Part shown: one piece after another, positions 8,736 through 19,831 of the stretch
How positions within the stretch are numbered: position 1 is the stretch's first letter
How the letters are laid out: each line of letters opens with the position of its first letter
From: Bacilli bacterium
Lineage (GTDB): Bacteria > Bacillota_I > Bacilli_A > RFN20 > CAG-826
Length of the DNA: 61,210 bases
Assembly (NCBI GenBank): GCA_045615665.1
Contig: JAZLFJ010000001.1
Location: 1 to 61,210, forward strand
Direction: 5' to 3'
Notes under the pieces: generated by a model
What the model was told of the DNA's origin: nothing
What the model saw: the letters and a program-made list of their open reading frames with translations, nothing else
Databases searched by the model: none
Program-made: the position numbers and the translations under genes

Positions 8736-9988
8736 TTATCTAGTTCAACTAAATAATAGTTTTTCTTTCCTCTTTTGATAACTACATATTGATCAAATAA
8801 TGCATCATCTTTACCAATAACTTTAGTTAAATCTGTGCATTTTTCACCATTGATAGCGATGGAATTACCATTAATAAATTCACGAGCTTCACGTTTACTC
8901 GAAGCCGCTTTGATTGCAATAAGCACATCTTCTAAAAGGAGGCCGCTAGGTTCGTTAACTTTAAAGCTACCAAACAATTCTTCGATAGCTTCCTTTGATA
9001 ATGATTTAATATCGTTTGAGAATAAAACTTCGGACATCTTTTTACATTCAGCGGCTTTTTCTTCGCCATGAATTAAAGAAACAATCTCGTAAGCTAATGC
9101 TTTTTGAGCTATTCTCATACCAAGATTAGCATAATGATCTTTGGTAATTTGTTCGATTTCTGCTAGCGATTTAAATGAGAATACCTTTAAATACCTAGCT
9201 GCATCATCATCAGTTGTATTTATAAAATATTGATAAATTTTATATGGTGAAACAAGCTTAGCGTCCAAATATAAAGCGCCATCTTCAGATTTGCCAAACT
9301 TTTTACCGTTTTGATCAAGAAGAAGAGGAACGGTAAAACAACCAACTTTTGTCTCGATACCTTCGACCTTACGAATTAATTCAAGACCACTGGTCAAATT
9401 GCCCCACTGATCACCACCACCGATTTGAATCCTACAGCCTTCGTTCTTATAAAGGGTTAGGAAATCGATCGATTGAAGAATCATGTAAGAAAATTCAGTA
9501 TAAGAAACACCGCTTTGAAGTCTCGATGAAACGATATCTTTATTAAGCATGTAATTGACTGGGAAATATTTTCCATAATCTCTTAGATAATCAAGGACAC
9601 TTAATTTTGAAATCCAGTCGTAATTATTGACGATAATACCCTTTTCAGGATTACTTAAATCGATGAATCTTTCGAGTTGATTCTTAATTTTTAAAGTATT
9701 TGAAGCTAAAGCTTCCTTGCTTTGGAGGTTTCTCTCTTTGGATTTTCCAGAAGGATCACCAATCATTCCGGTAGCGCCACCAACTAAAGCAACAATCTTA
9801 TGACCGGCTCTTTGAAGCCTCATTAGCATCGAAATCATGACAAAATTGCCGACGTGCATCGATGCGGCGGATGGATCAAAACCACAGTAAATAGTTTGTT
9901 TTGTATTCAAAAGCTCGCGTACTTCTTCTTCGTTAGAGAAATCTTTAATTAAACCTCGAGCTTTTAATTCATCAATAATATTCTGCAT
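8732..9988 (-). CDS. tyrS: Tyrosine--tRNA ligase
   Basis: YCGFDPS, HVGN, QIGGGDQWGN, KFGKS, C-terminal S4-like domain. Confidence 0.98.
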   Translation of the reverse strand: MQNIIDELKARGLIKDFSNEEEVRELLNTKQTIYCGFDPSAASMHVGNFVMISMLMRLQRAGHKIVALVGGATGMIGDPSGKSKERNLQSKEALASNTLKIKNQLERFIDLSNPEKGIIVNNYDWISKLSVLDYLRDYGKYFPVNYMLNKDIVSSRLQSGVSYTEFSYMILQSIDFLTLYKNEGCRIQIGGGDQWGNLTSGLELIRKVEGIETKVGCFTVPLLLDQNGKKFGKSEDGALYLDAKLVSPYKIYQYFINTTDDDAARYLKVFSFKSLAEIEQITKDHYANLGMRIAQKALAYEIVSLIHGEEKAAECKKMSEVLFSNDIKSLSKEAIEELFGSFKVNEPSGLLLEDVLIAIKAASSKREAREFINGNSIAINGEKCTDLTKVIGKDDALFDQYVVIKRGKKNYYLVELDK

Positions 9989-9991
9989 AAA

Positions 9992-10993
9992 CTACTCCTT
10001 TGTTGAACCACGTTTCTTATAATGAGATTCTACACGATATGTCTTGGTACTTAATTCATCTTTTGATAAATCGATGAGCATATACATTGCTCTACGACCA
10101 ATATCTTGCATATCAATATTCATACTAGACAATGTTGGTCTAGTAATCTTGGCGTATTTAGTTCCAATAAGTGACAGGACTTCAACATCTTCAGGAACTT
10201 TTAAACCCGAATCAATTGCAGCATCAAGTATCGCGGCAGCAATCGAATCACGATAGGCTATAAAATAACCTTTCTTATGAGTTTCAAAATATTTCATAAA
10301 ATCATGATATGTTCTCGATGAAGAATCATCGACATTCATAATCTTATAATTAACCTTTTTAGCCTCACAAATAGAAGAGAATCTCTTTTCAGTTCTCGCA
10401 AGTAAACGTCCACAATTATGAACATGGAGGAAAATAAGTTGTTTACCGTCATTAACGGAAATCTTATTTTCAATAATTTCGGCTAATTTGTGCTCATAAC
10501 CAAAGGTTATACAACCAACTTTTTCTCCTTCGATGTTGTTGTTGATGACTATCGCAGGAACTGAATAAGAATTTAGTTTTGCGATATCTTCTTCATCAAG
10601 TTCATCATCGAAAATGATCGCTCCATCAACGTGTGAAGTAATGACATTTTCAACCATCTTAAGAGCATCTTCTTTTGAATGTGAAGTGACAAACAAAGAA
10701 AGGTTAAAACCTTTTTCTTTAGCAACTTCGGTAATGCCGTTTAAAACACTAGAAATATAAACGTAGTTGGCGCTAGGAATAACAACACCAATGGTTGTTG
10801 TCTTATTTTTAGCAAGAGCTTGTGCTAATCCAGAAGGTTTATAACCAAGCCGAGCAATTGTATCTTCAACTTTTTTACGGGTAGCTTCAGTCATGCTTCC
10901 TTGTTTATTGATAACGCGGGAAACAGTCGCGAGAGAAACGCCGCTTGCTTTAGCAACTTCATAAATTGTTACACGTTCTTTCAAGTTTTTCAT
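9992..10993 (-). CDS. ccpA: LacI-family regulator, CcpA-like
   Basis: TIYEVAK..GVSLATVSRV...TRKKV...LGYKP...KTTTIGVVIP closely matches CcpA; synteny with tyrS/rpsD; C-terminal domain divergent. Confidence 0.75.
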   Translation of the reverse strand: MKNLKERVTIYEVAKASGVSLATVSRVINKQGSMTEATRKKVEDTIARLGYKPSGLAQALAKNKTTTIGVVIPSANYVYISSVLNGITEVAKEKGFNLSLFVTSHSKEDALKMVENVITSHVDGAIIFDDELDEEDIAKLNSYSVPAIVINNNIEGEKVGCITFGYEHKLAEIIENKISVNDGKQLIFLHVHNCGRLLARTEKRFSSICEAKKVNYKIMNVDDSSSRTYHDFMKYFETHKKGYFIAYRDSIAAAILDAAIDSGLKVPEDVEVLSLIGTKYAKITRPTLSSMNIDMQDIGRRAMYMLIDLSKDELSTKTYRVESHYKKRGSTKE

Positions 10994-11042
10994 GAAAATA
11001 TTTTCCTTTTATTATGAGTTCATTATAAATGAAAGTTTTTTC

Positions 11043-12170
11043 CTAAGCAATATGGTAAATTGGGTAAGGAACTTTTTTTAAGCGTGTAGATGGAATGTTG
11101 CTTCGACCTTCCTTGGCCTCGTTTTTGCCATCTAACATAACTAAATCGCCTGTAAAACCAACGGTCATATTATTAACCAAAGAAGTTCCAACTCCATAAG
11201 TATCAACGGGAACACCTAACTTAACCCATTCAGCAATTTTTTCAGCATTAAACGAAGAAGAAACAATAATTTTAACATAATTAAATCCGTGTCGATCTAA
11301 TGCATCTCGCAAAGCGAAAATAAGTTCTTTACAAACTCCATGAGGATCGAATTTTGAAGTATCTTTGTCATCGAAATAATGATCGATAAGAGATTTAGAT
11401 GTATCGACACGAACCGCTCTTAGAGTGGGTCCTAAATGCTCAGCAAGTTTTAATGAATCAGTAATTACATCATTATTGTAGTCAATTAATGCAGTGACTT
11501 GTTCGTTTGGGAATGTTTTATGATACATGTCTGCGGCTTTACAAATATCTCCACCACAAACCTGAATCAAAGCATGTGGCATAGTACCCATACCTTTTCC
11601 ACCCCACCATAAGCCTTGAGCATCAGTAGAGACTTTTCTAATACCTGCGACATAGGTGGCATAGCCATCACCAATTTGAGTATTATATTCATCTTGACGA
11701 TCGGCCATTGAAAAAACATCAGCACCTTTTAAGGCTTTCATAACTCGATAGACATTGGTCGCAACAGAACTCCTTCTTGCGAGTATGCCATCAATCATTG
11801 ATTCTAAAAAACCGAAATTTTCATATTTACCAGTGATTTTTAAAACGGGTTCATTCGCACTTATTAAATCCCCATCATTAAGAGCTTCAATAAGTAAATC
11901 TTCTGGTTTAACAGCAAAAGTATGAATAAGAGCGATAGCCTCATCTAATCCGCAAACCATCGCATCATCACTGCGTTGGAAAAATTGCATTGTTACAATG
12001 TGATTTGGTATGAAATTCTTAACTATTTTGCGACTTTTTAAAAAATAATTCGCAGCAAAAAATCCGGTTCCTAACCTTTCATCAAAATTGAAAGTTTTAT
12101 TGGTTAAACGTGAAATTTTGCCTTCATTTTTTAATTCGATTTCTAACTTGTCCATTTTAGATAACCTCAT
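11043..12170 (-). CDS. pncB: Nicotinate phosphoribosyltransferase
   Basis: GTMPHALI phospho-His motif, LIDYNND, VRVDTS, YGVGT. Confidence 0.85.
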   Translation of the reverse strand: MRLSKMDKLEIELKNEGKISRLTNKTFNFDERLGTGFFAANYFLKSRKIVKNFIPNHIVTMQFFQRSDDAMVCGLDEAIALIHTFAVKPEDLLIEALNDGDLISANEPVLKITGKYENFGFLESMIDGILARRSSVATNVYRVMKALKGADVFSMADRQDEYNTQIGDGYATYVAGIRKVSTDAQGLWWGGKGMGTMPHALIQVCGGDICKAADMYHKTFPNEQVTALIDYNNDVITDSLKLAEHLGPTLRAVRVDTSKSLIDHYFDDKDTSKFDPHGVCKELIFALRDALDRHGFNYVKIIVSSSFNAEKIAEWVKLGVPVDTYGVGTSLVNNMTVGFTGDLVMLDGKNEAKEGRSNIPSTRLKKVPYPIYHIA

Positions 12171-12788
12171 TTATTTCCTAACGATAATTCGATGGATGTG
12201 TTGGCCTAATCCACGAAATTTTCTTTCATATTCTGTCATCGCATCATTTTTTTCATCGAAAATATAATTCTCTTCCTCTAAGATAATTTTAAATTTTGTT
12301 TGTTTTAATTCTTCACAAGTAAATTCATACAAACCAGTATTATCCGATTTAAAGATTAGAAGTCCGTCTTTTTTCAAAATCCGATAATATTGGTTCAAAA
12401 ATGTAATGAAAGTCAAACGTCTTTTCGCATGTCTTTTCTTTGGCCAAGGATCAACGAAATTTAAATAAATTTCATCCACAAAACCTTCGTCTATTTCATT
12501 TGCGATAAGCGCAAAATCGTTTGGAAATACTTTTACATTCGTAATTTCTTCTTCAACAATCTTTTTAGCAAGCATTCCCGCAATAGTCCTGACCTTCTCG
12601 ATTGCTAAGAAATTGACATTAGGATTTTGTCTTGCTTTTTCAATGATAAAATCACCTTTACCAGACCCAATTTCAAAGCGAATTGGTTTTGAAGCAAAAA
12701 AGGCATTATTAAAATCAATCTTTTCAAAAACAACTTCTGAATGAAGTTCTAAATAATCTACAGCCCATTGACGATATTTTGCTCTCAT
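12171..12788 (-). CDS. trmB: tRNA (guanine-N7)-methyltransferase TrmB
   Basis: EIGSGKGDF, NFVDPWPKKRHAKRRLT, MTEYERKF. Confidence 0.97.
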   Translation of the reverse strand: MRAKYRQWAVDYLELHSEVVFEKIDFNNAFFASKPIRFEIGSGKGDFIIEKARQNPNVNFLAIEKVRTIAGMLAKKIVEEEITNVKVFPNDFALIANEIDEGFVDEIYLNFVDPWPKKRHAKRRLTFITFLNQYYRILKKDGLLIFKSDNTGLYEFTCEELKQTKFKIILEEENYIFDEKNDAMTEYERKFRGLGQHIHRIIVRK

Positions 12789-14128
12789 TTAAGCTTTCCT
12801 AATAAATCGATTGCATGAGCATAAATAACTGCACTTAGATAAAAATCTTCTAATGGCATATATTCATTTGGTTCATGCATTGTTGATTCTCGTCCTGGGA
12901 AAAGTGCACCGAACGCAATTGTGTTTTTGGCGTGTTTAGCATAGGTACCACCACCAGTTGTAAGAGGCTTACTCTTTTTATCACCACTTTCAGCACGATA
13001 TGCTTCAAGAAGAGTTTGAACAAGTTTCGATTTTGGATCAAATAAAAGATAGTGTGAAGGTTCACCTTTTGGAGTCGATTTCACCGCAAAAGTCGAATCA
13101 AATTTAGAAATAACGGCTTTCGGATCAACATTTTCTGGGTAGCGGAAATTGACGCTAAAGGTTAGTTTTAAACCATCGTAAGAAATCATACCGACACAGA
13201 AAGTTGTATCTTTTAATAAATCTGAATGTGTGTAACAATCAAAGGCTTTCCCACTTGAATCTTTAAGCTTTTGACCAATAAGTAAAATCTCAGGAACATT
13301 ATATAATTCGCCAAGTGTTTCTAGTGCGATTAAAGCAGCATTGACGCCAAGTTCTGGAGTCGAACCATGACAGGCTTTGCCGATCACTGTAACAGTATTT
13401 CCATTGACTTCAAAATTAACATTTATATTTTTTAAATAAGAAATATATTCGCTTGCACTATCTAATTCTATTTGGACTTTATCGCATACTGCATTTGTAG
13501 CGACGCCACCTTTAAGTGATTTAACGTGAGGAATTTTAACAGTGAAAGTTGGCCAAAAATCTAAAATAGCTTTCTCACCATAAATGAGTGGAAAATCGCT
13601 ATCAGGAGTAAAGCCGTATGTAGGAGCTTCTTTTTTAAGATTATTAAAATAATAATCAAGGCAACTGGAGCCTCTTTCTTCATCTCCACCAACGACAATT
13701 TTGACTTTGTATCCTCTTAATAAACCATTATCTTTTAAGGCTTTAACAGCATAAAATGCTGCGATCATGGGTCCTTTATCATCGCTAGTTCCACGCCCAT
13801 AGATATTACCGTTTTCAATAGTTGGTACAAATGGGCCATATTTCCATTCGCCAGTTACTGGAACAACATCGGCGTGGGCGTAGATTCCAATAGTCTTCTC
13901 ACCTTCACCGATTGTCAGTTCAGTGGCATAGCCATCGCACCTATCAATATCAAAACCAAAACGTTCACCTAGACGTGCCACATAAGTAAGAGCATCATTA
14001 ACATCCTTACCAAAAGGCATTTCTTTGGTTATAGTTTTTTCATCATAAACAGATGGGATTTGTACAAAGCGACGCAAAGCGTCGAGCATATCAATTTTAT
14101 ATGGTTCTAATAATTTCTTATAATTCAT
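12785..14128 (-). CDS. pepV: M20-family dipeptidase (PepV/Sapep)
   Basis: HADVVP, GRGTSDDKGP, DEE, GGGTYA, HEPNE. Confidence 0.9.
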   Translation of the reverse strand: MNYKKLLEPYKIDMLDALRRFVQIPSVYDEKTITKEMPFGKDVNDALTYVARLGERFGFDIDRCDGYATELTIGEGEKTIGIYAHADVVPVTGEWKYGPFVPTIENGNIYGRGTSDDKGPMIAAFYAVKALKDNGLLRGYKVKIVVGGDEERGSSCLDYYFNNLKKEAPTYGFTPDSDFPLIYGEKAILDFWPTFTVKIPHVKSLKGGVATNAVCDKVQIELDSASEYISYLKNINVNFEVNGNTVTVIGKACHGSTPELGVNAALIALETLGELYNVPEILLIGQKLKDSSGKAFDCYTHSDLLKDTTFCVGMISYDGLKLTFSVNFRYPENVDPKAVISKFDSTFAVKSTPKGEPSHYLLFDPKSKLVQTLLEAYRAESGDKKSKPLTTGGGTYAKHAKNTIAFGALFPGRESTMHEPNEYMPLEDFYLSAVIYAHAIDLLGKLK

Positions 14129-14129
14129 A

Positions 14130-14903
14130 TTACTTTTGCATTTTATAAATTAAATGCATTCCTTTTAAAACAAGTGTTTGATCAACAATTGCTGTACCTT
14201 TAAACTCATCAGCTAATAAATAAGAGTTTCCGCCAGTAACAACGCGTTTAAATTTATAACCAAATTCTTCTTCGGTTCGATCCATAAATCTTCTTATGGT
14301 TGCTAAATGACAATAATAAACACCAGTTCTCATGGCATCGATAGTGTTTTTTCCATAATATTTGTCCGGTTTTGTAACTTCTTTAATAACAGGTAATTGA
14401 GCGGTCATATCTGACAAGATATTCGCGTTCATTCTAATACCGGGGAAGAAACTAACTCCTTGAAATACTCCGTCTTTATCAATAATTAAGTTTTTCGAAA
14501 CAGTTCCTAAATCAGAAATTACGACTGGAGTGCCATAATAATGGAGGGCCCCAACAATATCAGCAAGGAGATCTTGCCCAATTTCGTTTGGATCATCAAC
14601 ATCGTGTTTAAGAGATGCGAGAACCGGCTTTGGATCAAAAGCTTTAATATCAATTCCAATTTCGCCTTTTAAAATGATTTGAACTAAACGAGTTAGATGC
14701 GGAACAACAGAAAAAATCATTCCACCTTCAAAATCTTTTCCATCGATACCAAGATGTGATAAAAACTGTTTTATTTTTCTATTATCATAGTCAGAATTTA
14801 TCTTATCGGTCTCAAAACGAATCTTATCAATTAAGTTATTCTCATCAAAAACAGCAAGTTCAGTTTGAGAATTTCCTAAGTCGACAATTAATGAATATTT
14901 CAT
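14130..14903 (-). CDS. coaX: Type III pantothenate kinase
   Basis: VDLGNS, SVVP, IGQD, DLGT, VVTGG. Confidence 0.9.
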   Translation of the reverse strand: MKYSLIVDLGNSQTELAVFDENNLIDKIRFETDKINSDYDNRKIKQFLSHLGIDGKDFEGGMIFSVVPHLTRLVQIILKGEIGIDIKAFDPKPVLASLKHDVDDPNEIGQDLLADIVGALHYYGTPVVISDLGTVSKNLIIDKDGVFQGVSFFPGIRMNANILSDMTAQLPVIKEVTKPDKYYGKNTIDAMRTGVYYCHLATIRRFMDRTEEEFGYKFKRVVTGGNSYLLADEFKGTAIVDQTLVLKGMHLIYKMQK

Positions 14904-14916
14904 AAACTACAGCCTC

Positions 14917-17319
14917 CTAAATGGCGACGATATTAACGATTTTATTTTTGACGATGATTACGCGCTTAATCTCTTTGCCCTCGATATGACGTTTAACTCC
15001 GTCTAATTCAAAGGCTTTTTGTTTTAAACTTTCATCATCTAAATCAACTTCGGCATCTAATGTACCGCGAAGTTTTCCGTTTACACTTACAGCGATTTTA
15101 ACAGTGTTTTGCACAAGTTTTGTTTCATCAATCGTTGGCCAAATTTCATGGTCAAATAATTGTTTTCCAGTGCAAATCTCGAATAATTCTTCGCCAACAA
15201 ATGGGCAAACGCAACCAAACATTTTGATGAAATTAACCATATACGGTTTATATAAAGAATTCGCTTTATAAAGAGCATTAACGAAAATCATCATTTGAGC
15301 AATTGCGGTATTAATTTGAAGCGATTCGAAATCAGATGTGACTTTCTTAACGGTCGCGTTATAGACAAAATCGAGTTCGTGAGTATTTTCATCACTGAAA
15401 CGTTTAATGAATTCTTCATCAGTATATAAACGGTAAACTCTTTCGATGAATCTACGAGCTCCCGCTAAACCATTTGTTGACCAAGCAAAGCCTTCTTCAA
15501 GTGGTCCAGCAAACATTTCAAATAAACGAAGCGCATCAGCGCCATATTCTTTAATGACATCATCGGGGTTAACAACGTTACCACGAGATTTAGACATCTT
15601 TTCACCATTCGATCCTAAAATCATGCCTTGGTGATAAAGTTTCTTGAACGGTTCTGGGCAAAAAACAACTTTTTGATCATAAAGGAATTTATGCCAAAAA
15701 CGCGAATAAAGAAGATGTAGAACAGCGTGTTCTGCTCCGCCGATATATAAATCGACAGGTAACCAGTGTTTAAGCAATTTTTCATCAGCAATAGCGTTAT
15801 TATTGTTTGGATCCAAATAACGAATATAGTACCAGCAAGAACCAGCCCATTGTGGCATGGTGTTAGTTTCTCTTTCGCCTTTTTTACCATCAATAGTAAC
15901 ATTTAACCAATCTTTAGCGTTTGCTAATGGTGATTTTCCATCACCGCTAGGTTCGTATTTATCAAGTTCAGGTAATGTTAACGGTAAATCTTTCGCTTCA
16001 TAGCAATACATTGTTCCATCGCTGAACGTGACGACAGGAATTGGTTCGCCCCAGTAACGTTGTCTAGAGAAAATCCAATCTCTTAATTTGTAATTAACTT
16101 TTGCTTTTCCAGCTCCGAGTTCCTCAAGTTTAGAAATGATTGCTTTTTTAGCATCAGCGATATTTAAACCATCTGCAAAATCAGAATTAATGTGTTTGGC
16201 GTCGCCTTCAAAAGCTTCTTTGGAAACATCACCTTCAAGAACTTGAATGAATTCAAGATGATGTTTTGTAGCGAATTCGTAATCTCTTTGGTCGTGGCAT
16301 GGAACCGCCATAACGGCACCTTCGCCATATCCATATAAAACATAATCCGCTGCATAAATAGGAACCTTTTTACCATTGATTGGGTTTATTGCATACGCAC
16401 CAATAAAAACGCCACTCTTATCTTTGTTTAGTTCGGTTCTTTCCATATCGGATTTAGATTTGATTCTATCAATATATTCTTCCACCGCTTTCTTTTGCTC
16501 TTTGCTAGCAAGTTTTAAAACAAGTGGATGTTCAGGGGCTAAACAACAATAAGTACAGCCAAACAAAGTATCTGCACGAGTGGTAAATACTTTAAAAGTT
16601 TCACTCGAATCAGCAACTTTGAATGTGATTTCAGCACCTAAGGATTTGCCAATCCAGTTCTTTTGCATTGTTAAAGTAGATTTAGGCCAATCAAGTTCAT
16701 CTAGGCCACTAATCAACTTATCAGCATAGCTGGTAATTTTTAAAACCCATTGACGCATCGGTAGTTTGATGACTGGGTAGCCACCTCTTTCAGATTTGCC
16801 GTCTATAACTTCTTCATTTGCTAAAACTGTACCAAGTTCAGGGCAATAATTAACAGGAATATTGCTTACGTAAGCTAAATTATTCTTATATAGAAGGGAG
16901 AAAATCCACTGCGTCCATTTGTAATAAGAAGGATCGCAAGTCGCGATTTCTTTACTCCAGTCATAAGAAAAACCAAGAGCTTTGATTTGTCTTCTAAAAT
17001 TATCAATATTATCTTTTGTAAATCCATATGGATGTTTATTATTAGCGATTGCATATTGCTCTGCAGGAAGACCAAAAGCATCCCAACCCATCGGATGAAG
17101 GACGTTGAAGCCTTGCATTCTTTTCATTCTGGAGATGACATCGCTAGCGGTATATCCTAAAGGATGTCCAACATGTAAGCCTTGTCCAGAAGGATAAGGA
17201 AACATATCTAAACAATAATATTTAGGTTTAGAAAAATCATATACATCACAATAAAATGGTTTCTTTTCTTCGTAAATCTTTAACCATTTCTCTTCAATTT
17301 TCTTGTGGTCATAACTCAT
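14917..17319 (-). CDS. leuS: Leucine--tRNA ligase
   Basis: MFPYPSG.GLHVGH, FTTRADT editing domain, SRQRYWG, KMSKS. Confidence 0.99.
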   Translation of the reverse strand: MSYDHKKIEEKWLKIYEEKKPFYCDVYDFSKPKYYCLDMFPYPSGQGLHVGHPLGYTASDVISRMKRMQGFNVLHPMGWDAFGLPAEQYAIANNKHPYGFTKDNIDNFRRQIKALGFSYDWSKEIATCDPSYYKWTQWIFSLLYKNNLAYVSNIPVNYCPELGTVLANEEVIDGKSERGGYPVIKLPMRQWVLKITSYADKLISGLDELDWPKSTLTMQKNWIGKSLGAEITFKVADSSETFKVFTTRADTLFGCTYCCLAPEHPLVLKLASKEQKKAVEEYIDRIKSKSDMERTELNKDKSGVFIGAYAINPINGKKVPIYAADYVLYGYGEGAVMAVPCHDQRDYEFATKHHLEFIQVLEGDVSKEAFEGDAKHINSDFADGLNIADAKKAIISKLEELGAGKAKVNYKLRDWIFSRQRYWGEPIPVVTFSDGTMYCYEAKDLPLTLPELDKYEPSGDGKSPLANAKDWLNVTIDGKKGERETNTMPQWAGSCWYYIRYLDPNNNNAIADEKLLKHWLPVDLYIGGAEHAVLHLLYSRFWHKFLYDQKVVFCPEPFKKLYHQGMILGSNGEKMSKSRGNVVNPDDVIKEYGADALRLFEMFAGPLEEGFAWSTNGLAGARRFIERVYRLYTDEEFIKRFSDENTHELDFVYNATVKKVTSDFESLQINTAIAQMMIFVNALYKANSLYKPYMVNFIKMFGCVCPFVGEELFEICTGKQLFDHEIWPTIDETKLVQNTVKIAVSVNGKLRGTLDAEVDLDDESLKQKAFELDGVKRHIEGKEIKRVIIVKNKIVNIVAI

Positions 17320-18719
17320 AAAACAATCTCCTTGTAAAGCTCAACATATTTATTCATTGATTCCACCCATGAACGATCAAGTTTCATCGCATTTTTAATC
17401 ATTTCTTTCATCTTATCTTTTTCCATGTAATAGACGTCTAGCGCTCTATCGAGAACTGCTCTCATTGAAAATGGATCATAATATTTGAAGGAAAAACCAT
17501 CTATTTCAGCATGGACAGTATCTACTAAACCACCTGTTTCTCTAACGATTGGAAGAGTTCCATATCTTTGAGCAACGATTTGACCGATTCCACATGGTTC
17601 AAATAATGAAGGCATGAGGAAGAAGTCTGAACCAGCGTATATCTTGTGTGCGAGAGCATCATTATAGCCGATATAAACTGCGACTTTGTCTGGTCTAGAA
17701 TCTCGAAGTTGCTGAACAGCTTGTTCAAGACCATATTCACCACTACCGAGAATGATAATATTGGCACCTCGATATAAAAGATGAAGGGCATTTTGAATAA
17801 CTAAATCCACACCTTTTTGATAAGTTAGTCTTGAAACTATTCCAAATGTTGGAGCGTTTTTATCCGCTATTCCTAACTCATCTAATAAAGCGTCCTTGTC
17901 TTCTTTCTTTCCTTTAAGGAAAGCTTTGTAAGAATAGTTGGCTTTAATTTTTTTATCATGCTCTGGATCAAATTCAACGACATCAATTCCATTAAGAATA
18001 CCGACAAAGTCATCTTTTCTAAATTCCAAAACAGAGCAGAGCCCTTGAGAATATTCTTCACTTAATAATTCGTTTCGATGTGTAGGTGATACGGTTGTAA
18101 TTTTATCAGCAAAATAAATGGCTGCTTTCAAAGTGGAAACCATTCCTTCAAAACGAACTGCACCGGTATCATATAAATCGGTGCTTAAATTATATAAATC
18201 TCCTAGAGATTCTCGGTATAAATAGCCTTTGAAGGCTGGATTATGAATTGTTAAAACAAAATGAGGTATGTGTTTTTCGATTGGTCTAACTTTCATTAAT
18301 GTTGGAAGCATGCCAGCTTGCCAATCATGAACGTGAACAATATCTGGAGTTAAAACGAATTTAGCGATAACAAGTTGAGCGGCTAAAGCAAAATAAGCAA
18401 AACGTTCACCATCATCATCGTAACCATAAAGGTTATCGCGTCCAAAATATTGTTCGCTGTCAATTAGATAATAGTTAACACCATCGAAAACTTTTTTAAA
18501 TATTCCAACATATTGATGTCGCCAGGACATATCTAGATAATCGTAGCCTAAATATTCGGCATCGATATTCTTATTTTTTATAACCTTATAATACGGCAAA
18601 ATGATAGAGACTTCGTGTCCTACTTGAGCAAGTTCACGTGATAAAGAATAAACAACGTCTCCTAAACCACCGCTTTTAATTAAAGGATTTGCTTCACTAG
18701 CGACATTAACAATTTTCAT
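17316..18719 (-). CDS. glgA: Glycogen synthase
   Basis: [34 protein letters not shown]. Confidence 0.96.
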   Translation of the reverse strand: MKIVNVASEANPLIKSGGLGDVVYSLSRELAQVGHEVSIILPYYKVIKNKNIDAEYLGYDYLDMSWRHQYVGIFKKVFDGVNYYLIDSEQYFGRDNLYGYDDDGERFAYFALAAQLVIAKFVLTPDIVHVHDWQAGMLPTLMKVRPIEKHIPHFVLTIHNPAFKGYLYRESLGDLYNLSTDLYDTGAVRFEGMVSTLKAAIYFADKITTVSPTHRNELLSEEYSQGLCSVLEFRKDDFVGILNGIDVVEFDPEHDKKIKANYSYKAFLKGKKEDKDALLDELGIADKNAPTFGIVSRLTYQKGVDLVIQNALHLLYRGANIIILGSGEYGLEQAVQQLRDSRPDKVAVYIGYNDALAHKIYAGSDFFLMPSLFEPCGIGQIVAQRYGTLPIVRETGGLVDTVHAEIDGFSFKYYDPFSMRAVLDRALDVYYMEKDKMKEMIKNAMKLDRSWVESMNKYVELYKEIVL

Positions 18720-18721
18720 TT

Positions 18722-19831
18722 TTATCTAACTTTCTTTCCTTGTGGAACATAGACGTGTTCATCTTGTGTTCCAATAACATCATTTTCAATGATGGCATAT
18801 TTATCAACGACAGCGTTTTCAACGTGGGCACCTTTTTTAATGACACCCTTAGTTAAAATAATTGAATTCTTCACGCTAGCGCCTGCTTCAACTTCGACAT
18901 AACGGGAGATGACAGAGTTTTCAACTTTACCATCAATCTTGGCTCCGTTAGCGACAAAGCAATTTTTTACGCTGGATTTTGGCCCATAAATTGCAGGTTT
19001 TGTATTTCTTGTGCAAGTATAAATTGGCCATTCGTGTCTAAAAACAGAATCAGCAATTTCAGGATCAAAGAATTCAAAAGAATATTCGACAAAATGCTCA
19101 AAGGAATCGACACAACGAGCGTAGCCATCATATTTATAACCAGTAATGATTTCTTCTTTTTCTTCAATGATAGTTTCGATTAGCATACGTAAAGAAGTCG
19201 CATCGCGATAATCGCGGTGTCTAAGCCACTTCACAAATGACTCAGCGGAAAGAATATAGGTTCTTAATGAAACATTTGCTTTTGCAACTTTTCCAGTATT
19301 CTTTACGTAGCCAGTAATTTGATTACCATCTAAAGTAACAATATTTGAAGTTAAGAAAGTTTTATCTGCATCCTCAATTTCTTTATAAACAATCGTTACT
19401 TCAGCGTTGTTTTTCTTATGAAAATCGATTACTTCATTAAAATCGATATTTGAAAGAATATGAGCGGGAGTAATCACAACATAATCAAAATCTGAATCAT
19501 AGAAAATCCAGTCATTTTCTCTTAAAGCATTTAAATCGGAATTGTATTTTGGATCTCTAATACCTTTTTCATTGATTAAAAGATTTTGTCTTCCAATCTT
19601 AGTGTTATTGACCCAAGTTTTAAGTGTTCCAACGTGCTTAGCAACACTTCTAAAATTATCTTTAACAAGGACATTGATTTCGTCAATATGCGAATTAGTG
19701 AAATTAGAAAGCGCGAAATCCATTAAAGCATAACGTCCCAAGAAAGATGTTGAACCTAATGTTCGATTTCTCGTTAATCCACCTAAGGATGGTGAATCAT
19801 ATAAATTAACAATACCTAAAATCTTACTCAT
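18722..19831 (-). CDS. glgD: Glucose-1-phosphate adenylyltransferase regulatory subunit GlgD
   Basis: LTRNR...FLGRYALMDFALSN without the catalytic GG.G.RL loop; beta-helix C-terminus; between glgC and glgA. Confidence 0.9.
   Translation of the reverse strand: MSKILGIVNLYDSPSLGGLTRNRTLGSTSFLGRYALMDFALSNFTNSHIDEINVLVKDNFRSVAKHVGTLKTWVNNTKIGRQNLLINEKGIRDPKYNSDLNALRENDWIFYDSDFDYVVITPAHILSNIDFNEVIDFHKKNNAEVTIVYKEIEDADKTFLTSNIVTLDGNQITGYVKNTGKVAKANVSLRTYILSAESFVKWLRHRDYRDATSLRMLIETIIEEKEEIITGYKYDGYARCVDSFEHFVEYSFEFFDPEIADSVFRHEWPIYTCTRNTKPAIYGPKSSVKNCFVANGAKIDGKVENSVISRYVEVEAGASVKNSIILTKGVIKKGAHVENAVVDKYAIIENDVIGTQDEHVYVPQGKKVR

Noticed and set aside
10990-11045. Two ATGAAA.....TTCCT repeats upstream of ccpA as autoregulatory cre sites
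   Set aside because: They lack the central CG and could arise by chance in AT-rich DNA.
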